From positions 387,899-451,898 of the forward strand of contig CBDCVL010000002.1 of the NCBI GenBank assembly GCA_965223015.1: a DNA stretch of 64,000 bases, given 5' to 3'. The position numbers were made by a program, and so were the translations under genes. The first letter of the stretch is position 1; each line of letters begins with the position of its first letter. The DNA is from Vicinamibacterales bacterium. GTDB taxonomy: Bacteria; Acidobacteriota; Vicinamibacteria; Vicinamibacterales; UBA8438. Below the pieces are notes generated by a model. That model saw only the letters and a list, made by a program, of their open reading frames with translations, was not told where the DNA came from and did not search any database. Of the stretch, positions 62,514 to 64,000 are shown piece by piece.

Positions 62514-62647
62514 TGCCTCGCGTCACACGAGGGTCACCTGTAAGGGTGGCTCCAGCCAGACTCTTTCCTCAGCCCAGTAGATCGGCCGGCCGCTCCAAAG
62601 CGGTCCCACTGTTGCAAAGCAGCACAGGGAAGCGAGGAGGGAAAGCC

Positions 62648-62941
62648 ATGCTGATGACTCGACGCAGGCTTGCACGTCGGCGCCCGATCGGTTGCGCTTG
62701 GTCCCTGATCGGCCTGGCGGCGTTGTCCGGACTGATTCTGTCCGGCCCGCTGGTCACTCGATGGCGACGCCATCTCTCCGGCGAGGACCCGTGGCTGGAT
62801 GACTCCGAGCGCGGGCGTCCTGCCCAGCGCCCGCTCTGGGGCCCACTGCAGCATCTGGCCAAGATCCGCCGTCAGGGCAGGCTGAGTTTGGCTCGACTCG
62901 TCCGGCGCCCGCGACATAGCTGGAGCGGTGAGGATTCCTGA
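62648..62941 (+). CDS. hypothetical Arg-rich membrane-anchored protein
   Basis: Track ORF 62513..62941. ATG 62648 is preceded by GGAGGGAAAGCC. One TM (CAWSLIGLAALSGLILSGPLV). Confidence 0.35.
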   Translation: MLMTRRRLARRRPIGCAWSLIGLAALSGLILSGPLVTRWRRHLSGEDPWLDDSERGRPAQRPLWGPLQHLAKIRRQGRLSLARLVRRPRHSWSGEDS

Positions 62942-63307
62942 GCCGTGTCGAACAGTCCTGTCGCCTCGCACCTTCCGCTCGGCGGTCGCACTGCAGTGTC
63001 GTAGCGACCCGCCCCAGGGCACCCGTTTATACCCTGGACCGCCACCGTGTGCGGTGGTTTCCGCGTGTGGGATCCGGAACGTCCCCGCGCCATCCCGAAC
63101 TGCGTAGGGCGAGTCGCCACGTCAATCGGCCGACCTGCCTCATCTTCGCTTTCTGGGTAAAGATCGACAACCCTCTGGCGCCGCGCGATTACGCTGCCCG
63201 GCCACCAGCCGGTTCGGTTGCAGCTCTTGGGTGGCGAGCTACGCCTGCATTGCAACAGCGATGAGAGGACGGGAGAAGTCACTGATAGACTAGCACTGCA
63301 AATACGA

Positions 63308-63384
63308 GCGCGTGTAGCTCAGTTGGATAGAGCGACGGCCTCCTAAGCCGTAGGCCGCAGGTTCGAATCCTGCCACGCGCACCA
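63308..63384 (+). tRNA. tRNA-Arg (anticodon CCT), CCA encoded
   Basis: Acceptor GCGCGTG/CACGCGC, D-arm GCTC-AGTTGGATA-GAGC, anticodon arm ACGGC-CTCCTAA-GCCGT, T-arm GCAGG-TTCGAAT-CCTGC. Confidence 0.95.
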
Positions 63385-63423
63385 CCTTTAGGTGGGGTCC
63401 ATGCCGGTCACATGGGTAGCAGA

Positions 63424-63705
63424 CTATTCCGAGGACATAGGCAACGCCTTCGGCTCACCGGCCGGCGTCGGTGATTTGACCCATACCTCGTCGGGACGCA
63501 GTAGATGTCTGATCCAGAGACCTTCAACAGGTCGCAGTCTGTTCACGGCGAACTGCAGATCGAGGTCCACACAGACTTGATCACGAGCGAAGGCGTAGGC
63601 TCGACAATGGGCGTTCTTGGTAAACAGCCTACAATACGCCTGGTCTTCCAAGGGCCGGTTTAGACGTGCGGTGGAAGGTCGCCTGGATGGGCGAGGGTTC
63701 GCCAT
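63424..63705 (-). CDS. hypothetical protein (doubtful)
   Basis: 93-aa track ORF next to tRNA-Arg. Third-position GC is only about background level. No motif. Confidence 0.2.
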   Translation of the reverse strand: MANPRPSRRPSTARLNRPLEDQAYCRLFTKNAHCRAYAFARDQVCVDLDLQFAVNRLRPVEGLWIRHLLRPDEVWVKSPTPAGEPKALPMSSE

Positions 63706-63735
63706 CGCCCTGGTGCTAATATTATTGGTTCAGAT

Positions 63736-64000
63736 ATGCGGAGAGAAGAGCGACATCACCTGAAACAGAATCCGCTCGCGGTCGTCCTCTCGGGGCTGCG
63801 AGGCCGGATGTCCGGGCAGGGCCGGAACGTCGTGGCAGGCGGGTCAATCGTCCTTGTTGCGCTCATAGCCGCGGGCGGCTATTACGCCTGGTCGCAGGTG
63901 CAGAAGCAGCGTGCCGGGGAACTGCTGGCCGGCGCGATGACGGTGCTCTCAGCGCCGGTGGTCGTGCCGCCCGAGGTTCCTGATGCCGTCAGCCCCGCAA
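63736..64000 (+). CDS. membrane-anchored protein, N-terminal part only (runs off window)
   Basis: Own translation MRREERHHLKQNPLAVVLSGL...SIVLVALIAAGGYYAWSQ. The N-terminus resembles YfgM/TPR-type anchored proteins. No stop in the window. Confidence 0.45.
   Translation, partial: MRREERHHLKQNPLAVVLSGLRGRMSGQGRNVVAGGSIVLVALIAAGGYYAWSQVQKQRAGELLAGAMTVLSAPVVVPPEVPDAVSPA

Noticed and set aside
63090-63102. CCATCCCGAACTG, similar to the conserved loop region of 5S rRNA.
   Set aside because: Only about 12 nt match. Flanking sequence lacks the GCGCCGATGGTAG segment and the helix I ends, and no 16S or 23S is nearby.

Overview
All calls come from reading the sequence and the supplied ORF track. Protein family names rest on remembered motifs, not on database searches.

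The window is a GC-rich stretch of bacterial chromosome, roughly two-thirds G+C by eye (not computed). It is densely packed with housekeeping genes. There is no rRNA, CRISPR array, transposase or prophage. The gene content includes HspR, bacilliredoxin, DUF3467, an S55/SpoIVB-like peptidase, a sigma-54 activator and a PQQ dehydrogenase. Several genes lack a Shine-Dalgarno sequence. Together this suggests an Acidobacteriota- or Gemmatimonadota-like soil lineage, but I cannot verify taxonomy.

**Gene layout**
- 1-4193 (-): rpe, a PASTA protein, rsmB, fmt and def.
- 4452-10295: a sigma-54 enhancer-binding protein, a CAP/SCP lipoprotein and a PQQ dehydrogenase.
- 11010-19304: a methyltransferase, an M50 protease, a SpmA/B-like protein, and a TPR / beta-propeller / S55-peptidase cluster.
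- 19644-30358 (+): a 12-gene aromatic supraoperon (aroDE, trpE, trpG, trpD, trpC, trpF, trpB, trpA, chorismate mutase, DAHP synthase, tyrA).
- 30961-41506: pepA, an amidase, ftsK, rnj, rsmA, nth, a DUF3467 gene and lexA.
- 41638-50961: a PfkB kinase, recG, rsmD, coaD, an aminotransferase, a glcD-like oxidase, an AmmeMemoRadiSam-type radical SAM gene and a CoA-binding protein.
- 51126-59976: rho, the hspR-cbpA-clpB operon, an SNF transporter, bacilliredoxin and hemH.
- 60527-64000: tRNA-Pro(CGG), acyP, apt and tRNA-Arg(CCT).

**Most interesting observations**
1. A Trp/Tyr/Phe-rich 33-codon leader ORF lies directly upstream of the aromatic supraoperon. It comes with an intrinsic terminator and a 12-nt competing antiterminator.
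2. A 164-bp foldback repeat family has three full copies. Two abut the TAG stop codon of an operon gene. The third has diverged arms that stay complementary.
3. A GC-rich hairpin repeat of about 100 bp sits just 3' of stop codons, in three copies.
4. A 0.5-kb ORF-poor, structured tail follows the PQQ dehydrogenase gene. It ends in a strong terminator and holds a perfect SD plus a mini-ORF.
5. A small coding-like frame next to tRNA-Pro is split by an in-frame TGA.
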